This document shows positions 1 to 13,710 of a stretch of 64,000 bases of DNA, in pieces. The stretch's first letter is position 1. Each line of letters opens with the position of its first letter. The stretch spans positions 59,892,001 through 59,956,000 of the forward strand of contig CM060733.1 in NCBI GenBank assembly GCA_030704615.1, written 5' to 3'. Source of the stretch: Takakia lepidozioides. Its lineage: Eukaryota > Plantae > Bryophyta. The notes beneath the pieces were generated by a model. That model was given only the letters and a program-made list of their open reading frames with translations, did no database searches and was not told the origin of the DNA. The position numbers were made by a program, and so were the translations under genes.

Positions 1-170
1 CCTATTTAAAAAGAAAAAAGAAAATACACTGCATTGAAGTGTTGGGCACAACGAGCCTATATAATCTTCATAAAACCAAGTATCATTGCCCCTATCATTG
101 CACACCATTCGCAAACCCCTAAGCACGGTCGACGGGTGTAGAGTGATAGGCGCTGGGATGAGCATTTCTT

Positions 171-929
171 GACAATGGATTAGGCATTTTTGCACCTAAA
201 TCCAAAATCAATCAATCAGAAAATTAGGCATTTTTGAAAATAGGTTCTCAAAGTAGGCATTGCATGCTACAATTTTTTAGAATTAGGCCCATGAGAAGAG
301 AAAACATCTATTTTCTTAAGAATAAATTACAAAAATAGACACCCAATGCCCAATGGGAACAATGTGGGATTTTACGGGCTTTTGAGCACACTTTCCAGGG
401 AGAAGCTATGCGAGCAAATTTTGTAACCAATTTGTTTGCAGTGAATGATCATTTGGTGGACGTGAATGCTCAAGTCACTGAGGGTATCCCTGATATCTAC
501 CTTGACCTTAGTGTAGAGGAAACTATGTGTAGATGTCTTGCAAATCTGCACATTGAAAATGAGGATATCCCCGATCTCAATGTGGTGGACGAAGTAGATG
601 AAGAGATGATGACGATTAGTGAGGATGATGAGTATGATGACATCGTCGAGTCCATGCAAAAACCTTTCGAAGTTACACGGAGCTCTCGCAAATAGATTGC
701 GATTTGTAGGAAGTTATTTCCGCACGCATATACTTGTATTGATTTTTGTTCAAAGAAATTTTGATCTTATTACAAACAACATGAGAAGAGCTTGCAAGTT
801 TTTTGGTGGAATTTTTGGACATTAGGCACTTTGGTCCCATAATTTCCCGAAATTAGGCTTAAATCTGAAAAATTCACAAAATTCGTTAGGCACTTTTATT
901 TTGAATTAATTATCGCCTAATCCGTTGTC
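171..929. mobile_element. Non-autonomous TIR DNA transposon remnant (hAT-like)
   Basis: GACAATGGATTAGGC (171-185) is the inverse of GCCTAATCCGTTGTC (915-929) with 1 mismatch. TTAGGC subterminal motif is repeated near both ends. Internal acidic ORF 408-695 resembles a transposase C-terminal tail. No clear TSD. Confidence 0.5.
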
Positions 930-938
930 CAGGGACGG

Positions 939-1064
939 TACATGATGTAAGATGTGGAGGGTGTCGAAAACGTAGACCGCCCTCGGGCCCATCCTTAAAC
1001 GGCGGAAAGTCCTCGGGCAGGAACTTTCCTCTATACATGATGTAAGATGTGGAGGGTGTCGAAA
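939..1064 (+). repeat. 31-bp perfect direct repeat (TACATGATGTAAGATGTGGAGGGTGTCGAAA) at 939-969 and 1034-1064
   Basis: Read directly in sequence. Confidence 0.85.
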
Positions 1065-1894
1065 GTGTAGAACTGTCTAACACTACTGCGCACCAAGGGA
1101 ACCAGGTTTGGTGAACACAAAGGGCTAGTGTGGTATGACTATGACTCAGTATAAGTCTAGTGACCACTCAAAAGTCAAAGACTACTTTTATGTAGAATAA
1201 GATGCATTAGGGCCCCTTTGTGGTCCAAGACCAACTCAAAATGCAAGGATTCTCTTGGTCGAGGGCATTTTCTTGGTCATATGTGCTTTGCACTATGGAC
1301 CAAGACCAACAAAGTTGAGAATGATATAGCGTCTAAGTGGCATTGACTATGGCGGGATATTGTCGGTCTAGAGACCAAGACATGAACCCATGTAGTTTGG
1401 ACTCATGATCAACTCTTCAATGGACCCCGGACCAAGCATGGAAACATTAAACTGTAATTTTCTCAAATGATCCTTACCGTCCATTAGAATCAATCTTGAT
1501 TGTCTCGAGGGAAAGATGAACTTGATGGAAGTTGATATACCTCATTTTAAGTTTCTTGGTCTTGGTTCCAAGGCCTTCACACACACCCATTTTGTAGGTC
1601 CCTAGGATATTAAAATACATCTAGGGACCAATATCTGAACCAATTTGAAGCAAATTGGTTGAGAGGTTTTTTTTGGTCCCTTAGTGCCACTACATGGTCA
1701 TTTGTTTTACTCCTCTTTATTCAAAGGAGGAGACAAGGAGTGATCACAAATCGCTCTCCACATTTATACCAAGTTTCCCAAGTTGTTACCTCCTCTCCTT
1801 GGCTTGAAAAATACCTACATCCCTTCTCTAAGTAACACCTCCCACAGGTAACATCTCTATATTGAATGTCAAAAATAAATGGATGAATTTTCAA

Positions 1895-3230
1895 GTTTTT
1901 TTAACAAAAACATTCTTTTACAGATAGAGGGACGGCCCGTGGCCCGATCTTTAACTTTACAGCAGGTGGACTTAAAAGAAGTCCAAAGAGTACAAAGATT
2001 GTTCGGCGGAAAAAATAACCACCGAGGAGACCGTGGAGGCTTACTGTGGGGAAACTACCCCGTCACCAAAAGGCAAAAAACAAGCTAAAGCTTAGAGGGA
2101 AACTTCCCTAATACAAATGATCCAGTAAAGTAGTTGCAGATAAGAAGAACGGCAAAAAGGAGAAAGATGTTGAGAAGAAGAAATGGAGTCCTTGAGCTAA
2201 ACCTATCATAGATGGATTCTAACTCACAAGGGCTGGCGAGAGCCTGCCATTTGGGTGGCTCTGGTGCAAGTGGAGAATGTTAGCACATATTGGAGAAAAT
2301 TCAGCTATGTTACTTCTATTTCCTAGGCTTCAAAGATTGGTGGAGTGAATGGATCAGTATGGTTTAAATTTGACATGTATAAATCCAGTGTTGTTTGTTG
2401 ATTGTAATTAAACGTTGTGTTATGTTAGCAACACGTATCATCACTTCATGCACTCCCAGTGAACCATAAATGACTTTGTGAGCACATAGTGTAGAGCTTG
2501 GCATGCCAGGAAACCAAGGACCGGAAAAAGTACTTGGCTTGCAAGAGAGTTTGAAGGAGATAGATGAAAGGGCAAGATCCAAGTACTTCAGGTAATTACA
2601 TAGTTTCGAGAAGGTACATGAAGTTGCATTTTTCTAGTTTTGACAATCTGGACAACTTCATAAACCACTATAAGGGGCTAGTTGTGTATGGCTCCTCCTT
2701 ACGAATAGTGGAATCTACATTTATCCATAATAAACTTGAACATCTGCAGGACTCTTGTCCAAACACTTCTAGGACCTTGGCACTTAAACAAGCAATGCTC
2801 CAGGGATTCAGGCACCATGACATGCCCAATGTGGGCTTGTCTGAGGGCACACACCTTTGTGGAACCTCTGGAAAGCTAGATGCTCTTGTGTTCATGAGGG
2901 TAGACCCAACATCAGATCAGTGCTATTCAACATCTTTCTTGATCTGATGACTAAGGGGAAAAAGGCCTGGTTTTCTATAGGTGCAACTCTTCCCCGAGCT
3001 TCAAATCAACGGGTCAACTGCTCAAAGAATCTCCTGGGGCAAGAGCGGCTTGCTCTGCACCCGCACTTCCAACTCATATGTACAATGGAGGGACACCCTC
3101 CCCGCAATGGGAAATCCCCCATGGAGAGAGAGGAAGGTGACTTCAATTGGCGTCACAACAGATCTAGGGATCAGAAATTCAAAATCCAAGAGCTCAAGTT
3201 CTGATTCAGCTATTTAACTGAGATGCAATT
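1895..3230 (-). mobile_element. Degenerate L1-type non-LTR retrotransposon, 3' part of ORF2 (zf-RVT-like) and 3' UTR
   Basis: Minus-strand translation near 2760-2815 gives VPESLEHCLFKCQGPRSVW, matching the ET/SxxHxxFxC zinc-binding motif of L1 ORF2 C-termini. Many stops; T-rich tail at ~1895. Confidence 0.45.
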
Positions 3231-3389
3231 AGAAAATGTGTTGCCAAAAGTTTTCCATGCAATAATTTTGATAATTATCTACAGTGGATATGATATTATT
3301 CCTTTGTAAAAGTAGCTGAACCATTTTCCAAGTCGAAATCTGACGATTTTTTGCCAGATTTAAAAACAACTGCTTTATATATATATATA

Positions 3390-4129
3390 TGTAACCTTGT
3401 TACCCAACCAATTTCCGACAGCCAGTCCAATCACTCCCTCTTACTCCCACCTTCCTCATCCCCTGTCCTGGACCCTACTCCTCTAACCCCTATCAGCAAG
3501 GTTCTATATGCGGGAGGAGGGGACCAGGGAGTGGAGTGGGTATCACGTAGAGTTGGAGATGAAAGAATATATAGTGGTTAGATTGTTTAATCATCCAATG
3601 TGCCAAACCTTTCGGGGACTGAATCCCAGACCACAAACATTATCTTTCATCACACCCAACCACGACGATGCCACCGCTTTCCAGCTATGTACGCTTCAAT
3701 CTTTTAATCGACATTATGGACCGGGACGGAGGGCACCACGACAGGTTGGGATCCGACAGTGGCCGACTCCCCCCCCCCAAACCACCTTACCCAAAATAAT
3801 ACCCACGATCAATTGTGGGGAGAGTTGAAGGTCAGGTGACCCGACACTGTGGGAAGAGCCAATCAGTGCGGCCGAAGGGAGGCTTGGAGAGGAGGGAAAT
3901 GGCTCCACAGGCTGCACACACCTGTACGCATAGAAGTAGGGGGGTAGGGGTCCATGGGAGGTAGACACGGGTTTTTTATATAGAGGATGGGATGGGGCCC
4001 ACCTTCCATAAGCAGCGGTGGCCCCTTCTAGAAGGCTCGACCACAGCCTCCAATGACTATATATGGAGGGTAAGGGTTCCATTTTATTACGCCTCCTTTT
4101 GGTGGGCTCTGCAAGCAGGCCCCCTTACA
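3390..4129. mobile_element. Possible solo LTR
   Basis: Begins TGTAA directly after a (TA)n run and ends TTACA; 740 bp; non-coding. The flanks do not form a clean TSD. Confidence 0.3.
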
Positions 4130-5052
4130 AATTAAAAATTTACCCTCATGGTGTATCAGGGGTTTTATTTTTTTTCCCCAATTTTTGGAATAAATGAAAT
4201 ATCTTGTGGAAAAAAAAAAAAATTGGAACCTGAACCTATCTAATTAGAAACTCTCTTACTATGTACTAGAATCATTTTTGCACCATCAATTTTTTTAAGA
4301 AAACAGCCATATACAGTTGATAAAGGTATGGGATAAAGCTTCCAGCCGTGCCTTCAACTCTTTGGGTCAATCCTCTGAGCTCCTACTGGACAGCGTTTTT
4401 TTTATTGGCGATTTTTTACCATTTGGCCGCCTGAAAATCCCATTGGCGAATGAAACAAAGGGAAAAAGACGTCCAAAAGAGGCAATTTTCGCCAAAAATT
4501 GGGGGGTCTCATAAAGGTCCTCGCCAGTGGACCCAAGGGGGGGAGCACAGATGTGGCCATGGCGGGCCCCATGCTGGATGATCTGACGAGCCAGACGAGG
4601 AGTGGATTGAGGGTTGTGGGGCCCCTCCGTTTCCATGGAGATGCTCGTCGCCTCTCTTGCCTACGCACTTGGAAAGCTTCTCGCCGCATGCAATCTAGGC
4701 ACCTTTGCCTAGATTTGCAAGGTGTAAATGTTTGCTTGAAATCTTGAACATAGGCCATGAGGTTCTAACAATTATATCTGCCAGTGATTATATGCAATTG
4801 TAATTATATTTCCATTTCTTTGCAATATATGGCAGGCCTATATTCCTTGATCTTAGCAAGTATGGTGCAAGTTTAATTGGAACCTATTCTGCCTTGGGCA
4901 GGGTCCCATGGGGCTGAGGTTCAACTCCTCCTCAAGGTAAATGTCAATGTCAAATCTCATGATCTGTATGTGTGCTTGGGGCTGGTTTGTATGCTTGGGA
5001 GCTAGTCTATATGCTAGCCTTAGGGGGGGTGCCAAATAACACTATTTGTAAA

Positions 5053-5449
5053 GCCTCTCATTTTAAGATAATAGGGTCTTCAATGGGCACGTGCGATGTG
5101 GCTGGTGGGCCCCGCGCACGGATGCCCGGCTCCCTAGCACCCCGCCCGCCCCGCCCGCCGTTGCGCGCGTCGCCCAGCCACGGGCGCGGCTACAGCAACT
5201 GCGCCGCGCCCCCCGTCCGTCACGCGGCCAGTCCCTCGCCCATGAGTCCGCTGCCCTCCAGTCTGCCAGTCCGGTGCTAGCCAGTCTGCTGCCCAGCAGT
5301 CCGCCAGTCCGCTGCTGGCCAGTCCGCTGCCCAGCAGTCTGCCAGTCCGCCAGTCTGCCCGCCAGTCCCCTGCCATCCAGTCCGCTGACGGTGCAGGATC
5401 GCCACCGTCCATTCCATAACCCATCCGAGCCTTCCATTTTTAGGGCTGC
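5053..5449 (+). repeat. Left TIR of MULE
   Basis: Inverted match to 13357-13710. Confidence 0.9.
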
Positions 5450-5590
5450 AATTCAAACCTTTATCCCTGCCGCCTACCACTTGCCAGCAGCCGCGAACGT
5501 GCGCACTGTTCTCCTGGCACGTTGTCAATCGTGTCATGTACTGCGGCGCTCTTGCATGTTCAGAAGCGTGTCATTTGTACTGGATAGGGC

Positions 5591-6672
5591 ATGGACGTGG
5601 AAGCAAAACCCGATGATATACTGATCACGGAAAGCCCGCTTATACGGCCTCTTCGACAATGTTTGCAAACAGCAAAACCAGGACCCTTCAATAGGAAGGA
5701 TCTCCATTGGAAGAGTGAGACGCAATATGGGTTTATGGGTGTGCGAGTGAATGTTGAAAAGGCCTGCATACCTTGGGATAGAGTTGGTGACTTTGTCCTG
5801 GGAGAGGAGAGTTTGGAGAACTACCCCACTCAGTTTTGGGTGAATGTCCATTCTAAAGTGGACCCAACTCGCGAAAAGCACCCAGAGCCAACACATTTCT
5901 GTCCAGTATTATGTGCGCACCATCCTCAGTCCTTTTGACGTTTCATTGCATGTCTGTTGCCATTTTTTGTTTCACGAGTTGTCTGATTTTATGCTTCCTC
6001 AAGACGTTGGATATCGATTTTAGAATTTTCTGTCCAGGTATCAATGCTGCTACGGTCCTGATGACAAGCGCACCAACAAGGCAATAGTGGAGGATCCAAA
6101 ACAAAAGCGTGAAGGACCTCTTGTGGGTGCTGGAACATCTTGCCTTATAAAGGCCCAAGGAGAAAGAAGTCGGAGTATGGAGAGTCTTTGCCAATGCTGT
6201 TTCAAGGTCCAGCAATGTTATCTCGCCCTTGACATCTGTGTCCTCACATACTACAACAACATGGAGCATACAGATGCACAATGGAAACCCTCGCATGGGA
6301 AGTCCGCAGAGTTCAGGAACACCCGCCACGCCTATGCCCCACACATTAGCGAGGAATTGAAAGCCTGGGTCGTCGAGTGCGATGATTTCTTGTTGGAGTA
6401 AGATGTTTGCAACCTTGCCGAGAAACGTGCGTGACAAACCTTCAAAAAGCACGCCGATGATGCGGAGAGTGTGCGCATGTGGAGAGACCAGAATCCCGCG
6501 TCCGTTTTTTTTCTATCAAGAGGAGAAATTAGAGCCAACATTTGAGCATTTTGATGGAGATTTGACATTCACTATTGGCATACAGACTCCGTGGCAGAAA
6601 CGACGAATGCTGGAACTAGGACATAACCGTATCGTTGCATGTGATGCAACCTTTGGGACAAATCATGACAAG
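5591..6672 (+). pseudogene. MULE transposase, N-terminal part, internally deleted
   Basis: ACIPWDRVGDFVLGEE, CCYGPDD, YAPHISEELKAWV and IGIQTPWQKRRMLELGHNRIVACDATFGTN (first Asp of DDE) resemble plant SWIM/MULE transposase-derived proteins. Frameshifted; no downstream catalytic exons seen after the donor at 6673. Confidence 0.8.
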
Positions 6673-7069
6673 GTACTATTCGAACGATTCCATGTTTTGT
6701 ACGAGCATGATAGCATAGTACCATGCAACATTCACATAAAATTTGGTGTGCTGACCCTTTTTGTATGTTTTCATGTGTACGTTGCGGAAGACCGAGGGGC
6801 AGACCCATTGTGAACCGCTGCAGACCTCATCACTCTTTGCGGAGAACCAGCAAGAGGGTGTCTGCACCTGCACCTGCAGCACATATATACTCAAAAATTC
6901 GCAAGGTTTCAGGTCGTGTAGGTGTCACGAAGAAGACAATATAAGTTTGCAATGCCTCGAAAAGAGACAAGATTTCAGGTCATGTAGGTGTCACGAAGAA
7001 GACAATATAAGTCTGCAATTCCTCTGGTAGCATTGTCCCTTTCTGAAATACAAGTCCGCAATGGACTCA

Positions 7070-10000
7070 TGCACAGTCTCCCAACGGACTCCTCCAGTCT
7101 CCACAATCCAGCACACTCCGGCACAAACTCTCATCAGACGGCTGCAGAGTCCCACAATGGACTCCTGCATAGTCTCCCAACGAACTCCTCCAGTCTCCCA
7201 ACTGACTCCCACACAGTCTCCCAAGCATAGTCTCCCAACGGATTCACGCACAGTCTCCCAACAGAGTCACAGTCAACAGACTGCAAACGCCAGTAAGCCA
7301 ATCTGCTGGTCAGTTTGCTGCCCACTCCAAAAGTCTGCTTACCACACTTCCACCTCATCCCTGCAACTCTTCCAGCAGACTGCTGGACAGACTAAGTCTC
7401 AAGCAGACTCATCCACAACAGCAGACTCAAAATGGATAGGCTCTAGTGGACTACCTCCCTAACGACTCATGCCAATCCAGCGTCCCAGCGGACTCATGGA
7501 CATGGTGCCTACCAGACTAGGTACCAGACCCACCAGTCCTAGCCTTGGCAGCGTACTGCTCGCACATTCAAGCTCAGCAGACTCGGGTGCACAGTGCATG
7601 GAAAAATTGACACCATTGTGTCCATTGAGTTTAGTGACAACATTACAAAACATGCCAGCACCCACAGTACACAAAAGTGTTCATCACCACTGGAATAGTA
7701 AGCGAAAAGACTCGCATTTTTTATTTCGGTACATAGACTTCACATGACAAGTACATCATACTCATGAGAGCAGTTTTTCTACATTGTCCAACCCCGCACG
7801 ATATACTGGGCACACTGCATTCGCTGCCCAAGTGCAAACTTGAAAGTAAACCAGTCGTGAAAGGTGTTCATCTCTCTGGCTTTGCAGTCTTGGAGACATT
7901 TCCTCTGACTTTTACCCACTCATAAAACACTTGAATGAATGATGACATGACATAAAAGCCACTCTCCAGCTGAATGGTTGCTGGGGCACATCAGGCGCGT
8001 GGAACTGAAATGCTTGGACAATCTCATGCCACTCCGGTGAGTCCATCGAGTACCCTAAGCACTCAGCATGAAGCTTCCGAATCCACCCTAGAACAAAGGG
8101 ACACTATGCGAGTCCCTGATAGAGTTCAGGTGAGTGTAACAGCCCTTGCGGAGGTCGATGATACAAACACTCCAGTGCCCCCTGCAATGGTATCAAACAA
8201 CATGGCGTCATTGCACACCATGATGGGCAGACTCAGCAGACCGACCTTCAGCAGACTCAGCACTCAGCAGACTCAATCTTCAAACCCAGTCCACTGCACA
8301 AATACAGAGGTCAACTTAATCGCTCAGTCAAGACGACACTGCGAAACCAGACTATGACTCAGGAGACAGTCTCAGCAGACTCGGAAGAGTTCTTACTCGT
8401 CCCCAATTGGCACCAAAATGAAATCGCACTCTTTCAAGTCCTTGCCCAGTCGTTCAGTGCTGAGGCAACCTTTCAAGACTCCAGAAGGCTTTCACGTTGC
8501 CCCACCCCCAATGACTTCAACACCGTCCACGTCGACGTTGGAAGAACAACAATAGTGTTGGTGAACGCAGCCTCAACCGACTTCTCATAGAATCAACACC
8601 ACAGCTCCAGGAGTCTATCTGTGCACTTCGACTCAACCTTCTGGAGCGCCTTTATGTCATCCGCGACAGTCCGCATTCAAACCGTGGGTCCCCTTCAAAA
8701 AAAAACATCAGCATGGAATTACCCGCCTTGACGTGCAGATATGTGCTTTGCCAAACCGAGCACCCATCCTGCACAGAGCATACCATCCTTCGGGAAGCCT
8801 CATGTACTAAAACAGATTGACGTCAACATGGTACCAAACACTCTACAGGCTGAACAGTTCATCAGACTGACAAGACTAACCACAACAGACAATGATGAAA
8901 CCTGCAGTAGACTGACCACAACAGAGCGCAAAGCACTTAACGACAAAGACAGACGAGGAGACTGAGCACAGTACTCACCTGTGCTGCTCCAGGAAATGAC
9001 CCACATCTTTGTCCATGTCTAAGGCCAGCTTGCGGTTCTTGTTCATAAAGACGCCAGACTTTTCTTCGCCGGTCTCTTTGGTACTCGGACCCCTCCTCGA
9101 CCTCCTCAGCAGGGTCCACGACAGTCCACTTCTTGGCTTTGCCTCTCCCCTGGGAAGCAGGGACAGCTGTAGGCGGGCTGGATAGAGTAGACAAACGCAG
9201 CGCTGCCGCCCTACTTCGCAACAGAGGCTGGTCAGCAGGTTTGTTTACACTTGCTGGACCTGTCTTTGCAGCTTCGTGGATCGCATGCGTAGAACTGACC
9301 CGCGCATCGGGGGGCGTGCTCACCCCCACACCTTTTTGGTTGTCGTTCCCACGTTTGCAGCATGGCGGAAGATGTCATGTCCTCAGAAGTAGACAGTCTG
9401 CCGACGGAGGGACGAACATCCTGTGAGGATACCGAGCAAAATGGGCGAATTAGCCCAATTTCACAATGGCTAAAACATAACACAGTGCTGAAAGAGGAAA
9501 TGGCACAACCTGCCCAAGGGGTGAGGGAGCAGACTCCATGTAATCCAGCGCTATACCAGACGGTGTCTGCGCCGCATGTGGTTCCTTGTCAGTGTGCATG
9601 CCAGCATGTTCAGTCTGTTGCTCAATGTGGGCAGTCTGCTCGGCCGCCGGTTCTTTGTCAGTCATTTCGTCTGTGAACTGTGCAGTCTGCTGGCAACTCT
9701 GCGGTTCAGTCTCTTCCTCAATGTGGGCAGTGTGCTCGGTGGCAATTGGTCGTCAGTCCTTCCTCTGTGAAGTGTGCAATGTGCTGGTCAGGCCGTGCAG
9801 TCTAACTGTGTAGTCAGAGCTGAGCTGTGCAGTCTGCCGCTCGGAGCCATCCTGGTCAGTCTTCCATCTGTGACCTGTGCAGTCTGCTGGTTAGTCTGCT
9901 TCATCAATGAAGACAGTATGCTGCCCCGCCACAGGTTGCTCGGCAGTCCTTCCATGTGTCGACTGTTCAGTGTGTTGGTCAGTCTGGTGGACAGCCGGCT

Positions 10001-12450
10001 GGGTGTTCGGATCTCCATGGACTTGGGAAACATCAAGAAATGTATGGAAGACCCACCGACAATTGCTTCCTCAGACTCTTATGTAAGATCTATGATACGG
10101 TTTTGCGTTCCCAGATTGAGTTCGGTCATCACGTAAGACTCATCTATGGCTTTCGCTTTCGCCACTAAGCGCACAAAAACGGACTAAGCTGGAAGTCATA
10201 GAAGGCAGGCCATGGGGAGCTGGATAAGAATGCTTTACCAGTGACCTGATGACGTCGTCAGTGAATGTGCCTGGGGGAAAAGTGGACTCGGTCAAAACAC
10301 TCATACTGGCAGATCCAAAAACATGTTGTTGGGAACTCAACAGAAATTCGTCCACAGGGTCCCGGTGAGGCCAGTGCATCCGAGTCTGTTGCACAATCCA
10401 GGAACTGTTAGTCTCCTGGATAGTCTGCTCGCCATCTGCTGAGTGGGTTCGCCAATGTGCTGCACAGTCTGCTGAGGGGCAATCTGCTGGCTGGATCGTC
10501 GTCGGTCTGCTGCACAGTCTGCTGAGGGGCAGTCTGGTGGCCATGTTTGCTGGTCTGCTGTACAGTCGGCTGAGGGGCAGTCTGTTGGCCGGTCTGTTCT
10601 CCTGTCTGCTGCAAAGTCTGTAAAGTTCGCGCTCAGTACTGTTTGCACATACTGAGTATGTGTGTGCGGGCAGTCTACTGGGAGTGATCCGCCTATTACC
10701 CGGGACGGTTGGTGCATGCTCGGTCTCCAGCACTTGGGCAGTCTGCCCACATGTGTCGTGGGGAATATGTTGTTGGACATTCTTGTGGTCAGTCTGCTGG
10801 ACAGTCTCCCGAACTCCTTATAAAGCCAGGACAAGGTCCTTGCACCTCTGGCAAAAGAGTCGAAAGTAGCCTGCACTTGCTTGTCTCCCAGATCAACTCG
10901 CCCTGCAACACATGTTTATGCAAATGTGAAAACTTCTAAAAAAATTGGCAAAAGAAATTGAGCTGAAAACATGAAAGTTGCCCATAACATTTTACCTTCC
11001 AAGAGATTTTCAACGAGGCCAATGTCCTTGATTTGTCGGCACAGGCATGCTCCATCGAGATGAGCAATGGCGCCGATGCGGTCTTCAGTTGGGATCCCAC
11101 ACCAGGACTTTGAAGACATTGGGATTCTGCAAAAATGCCGAATACTGTTCGCTCCATCACCAATGCAAACCAGTGCAATGCATCATCCACCACAAACTTC
11201 TGTGAATGGTCTGTTCCATGGAGTAAGTCCATCCTCAAACTATGCAGATCCTTCATCAACTTGTTGTATGAGCGGAAATTGCCAAATTGCATTCATCTGT
11301 GTTGTAGGAAGGAAGCTGCCATGCGCTCAAAGTCCTCCTCAGTCAATTTGAACAAGTGCTTTCTTTATACCCAAAGGTTGGATGTGCCATAGGCATATGT
11401 CTGAGGTCTTCAGGCCGTGGGTCATCCATGAGAATTAGCTGCACAAGTAGAGGCGCGCATTTTGGACGCTTGTGGCTTCAATGGCAACAGCAGAGGCGGC
11501 TTCCAGAACATGGTTGGCTTCCTCAATAGAAAACTCCATGAATAATGAAAGGGTACAAATGACCACCGGTGGTCCGCAAAAATCCGGTGGAGCTCATTAT
11601 GCCAATCCAAATGGGGATTAATTTTCCCAACCTTAAGCCGGGGAAGTGTGAGGTCTTCAGCTCCGGTCGAATTACCGTGATGGCGATCGCCAAACTGCAA
11701 AAAGCGCCGTGCTATGAGAGAGAAAGGCAGTCTGCTGATCCGCAGTCTGTTGGATGATAGGACTTCCCATTGGCATGGCTGCATGATGGGGCTCCTGGAG
11801 ATGAGTCTGCAGGATGACAGCTGCTCGTTGGGAGTCTGCTCCGTTGGAGTCTGCTGGACAGGCTGCTGAACGGGAGTCTGCTGGATGACGGCCTGCTGAA
11901 TGGGAGTCTGTGGATGACAGACTCGGTTGTCCCAGACGCATTCCCCCCCGAGCGGTCTTGAATATGTAATGTCGCTATAGCAGCAGATGACCCAGGATAT
12001 TCAATAATATGTACTCTCGCACGTGGTCCATCCGCACGTATTGCAGTCGCTTGTAAAGGAGCATCATTGCTAGGTATCCGCCAACCTGAATGGCCCTACG
12101 AATAGAAACACGTTCATCCTGGTACACGGCAGAGAACTTGGACGTTAGGAACATGGACGTGGACTCTATATTCACCTCATGCAGTGGACTGGACTCACAG
12201 ACAGCAGACTGACAGACGTAACGTGCGTACGTAGGGTGGAGGCAACTAGGATGTACCAGTTGACTGGACCAGCGGACTGACAAACGGACTCAGTAAGTAA
12301 TGCAGCGATATAAAATAGACTAACTGACGAGCGGAGTGAGCCAGCGGACTGAGGAAGAGAACGCAGCGGACTGACCAGACTGAATAGACAACGTGACCCC
12401 GATGATGGACTCAAACAGCACAGAGAACAGACTGGGCGGTCAGACTGACC
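7070..12450. repeat. Dense dispersed CAGACT/AGTCTG (CAG[A/T]CTG) motif clusters in non-coding parts of the MULE
   Basis: Clusters at ~7070-7560, 8230-8390, 8850-8970, 9590-10010, 10380-10810, 11720-11930 and 12190-12450, and inside both TIRs. Confidence 0.85.
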
Positions 12451-13352
12451 ATTACCTCCTCTACTTCATCATCGTCATCTTCATCTTCAAAGCTGTTCAA
12501 CCAGTTCTGTTCCGCCTGTCGGATGATGAATGCTTAGCAGACCTGACTGGGCAACTCTGTAGAAATAACGGAAGAAATCTGGATCCCCAATTGGGGGCAC
12601 TCTGGTGGGAAAAGCCAAAGTCAACGAGGCGCAATGTGCCAGGGCAGACTGGCCCTTCAGTGCTCTGTTGAATTTTGGTTTTGACCCTAAACCTCTGGCA
12701 TGGGTCGCGATATTTGTGTGAGTCTGCTGGCGAGTCTGGTCAGGCAAGTCAATGTCCATTGGACTTGTCACCCCTTCCAGGCCTTCGAAGTCATCATTCC
12801 GGATAATGGTTTGCCCGCCCTGAGCAGATTCACTTTCAGTATCAGTACTGATGGTGTGGGTCTGCCGCCCAGGACGGGGTTCAGTCTATTGCGTGGATTT
12901 TGCCCTTGCCTCGCGAGCAGACCTTGCAGCCTTCTCCTTTTTTGCTCTCCTTTTTTTGGGCCCCATCACTCAGTTTACGTTTTCTGGCAGTGTCCGGCGT
13001 TCCCTGCACTTGCAAATCCTCCATTGACGGGCCACCAGAATGGACGCCATTACCGTGCACGCACTTCGACTAATTCCAAAGTGTGGGATCAAGCACTGAT
13101 CGCGCAAGCGCATTGTGGCCTCTTTGACAATCGACATTTCTTTCTGTATCGGCCAAGGCTTGAAATCTCGTGGAATCATTGTAACAGTCTCCTTGCAACC
13201 CGTGTCAACACAATGCCGATTTAGTTGGATTTTGTCCTTGATAACTCTTCACAGAAGGGACAGACGCGTGCATGAAAACGTCTACCGCAACATGGACAAC
13301 AAACAGCCGTCAAAAGAGAGCGGCCGGGATTTGTGGCAAAGATCATTGCCAT
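7790..13352 (-). pseudogene. Multi-exon MULE cargo gene ending in a Ulp1/peptidase C48 (SUMO protease) domain
   Basis: Minus-strand exons give TIVVLPTSTW...ECDFILVPIGDE (to 8397), then GHWSVCIIDLRKGCYTHLNSI (His at ~8175) and PQQPFSW/ESGFYVMS (~7945-7987, frameshifted, at the QQxNxxDCG position). Upstream exons at 8990-9420, 10030-10330, 11000-11700 and 12450-13352 may be the same gene or a second one. Confidence 0.75.
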
Positions 13353-13356
13353 TTTC

Positions 13357-13710
13357 GCAGCCCTAAAAATGGAGGGGCTCGGATGGGTTATGGGAATGGA
13401 CGGTGACGATCCTGCGCGTCAGCGGACTGGTGGCAGGGGACTGGTCAGCGGACTGGCGGACTGGCAGACTGCTGGGCAACAGACTGGCAGACTGGAGGGC
13501 AGCGGACTCATGGGCGGCGAACTGGCCGCGCGGTGGACGGGGGCGCGGGCGCGGTTGCTGTAGCCGCGCCGCGGCTAGGCGACGCGCGCAGCGGCGGGCG
13601 GGGTGCGGGGGGTGCGGGCGGTGTGCTGGGGAGCCGGGCGTCCGTGCGCGGGGCCCACCGGCCACATCGCACTTGCCCATTGAAGACTTTATTATCTTAA
13701 AATGAGAGGC
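13357..13710 (-). repeat. Right TIR of MULE
   Basis: Inverted match to 5053-5449. Confidence 0.9.

Noticed and set aside
1081-1700. CACTA element starting CACTAC at 1081
   Set aside because: No matching inverted terminus or TSD found; only a degenerate GGACC/GGTCC-rich remnant.
5063-5624. GC-rich ORFs here and at 13363-13749
   Set aside because: They lie within the TIRs and mirror each other; they are open only because of GC content.
9450-10939. Numerous overlapping Gln/Ser/Cys-rich ORFs
   Set aside because: Products of the CAGACT/AGTCTG repeats in probable introns.
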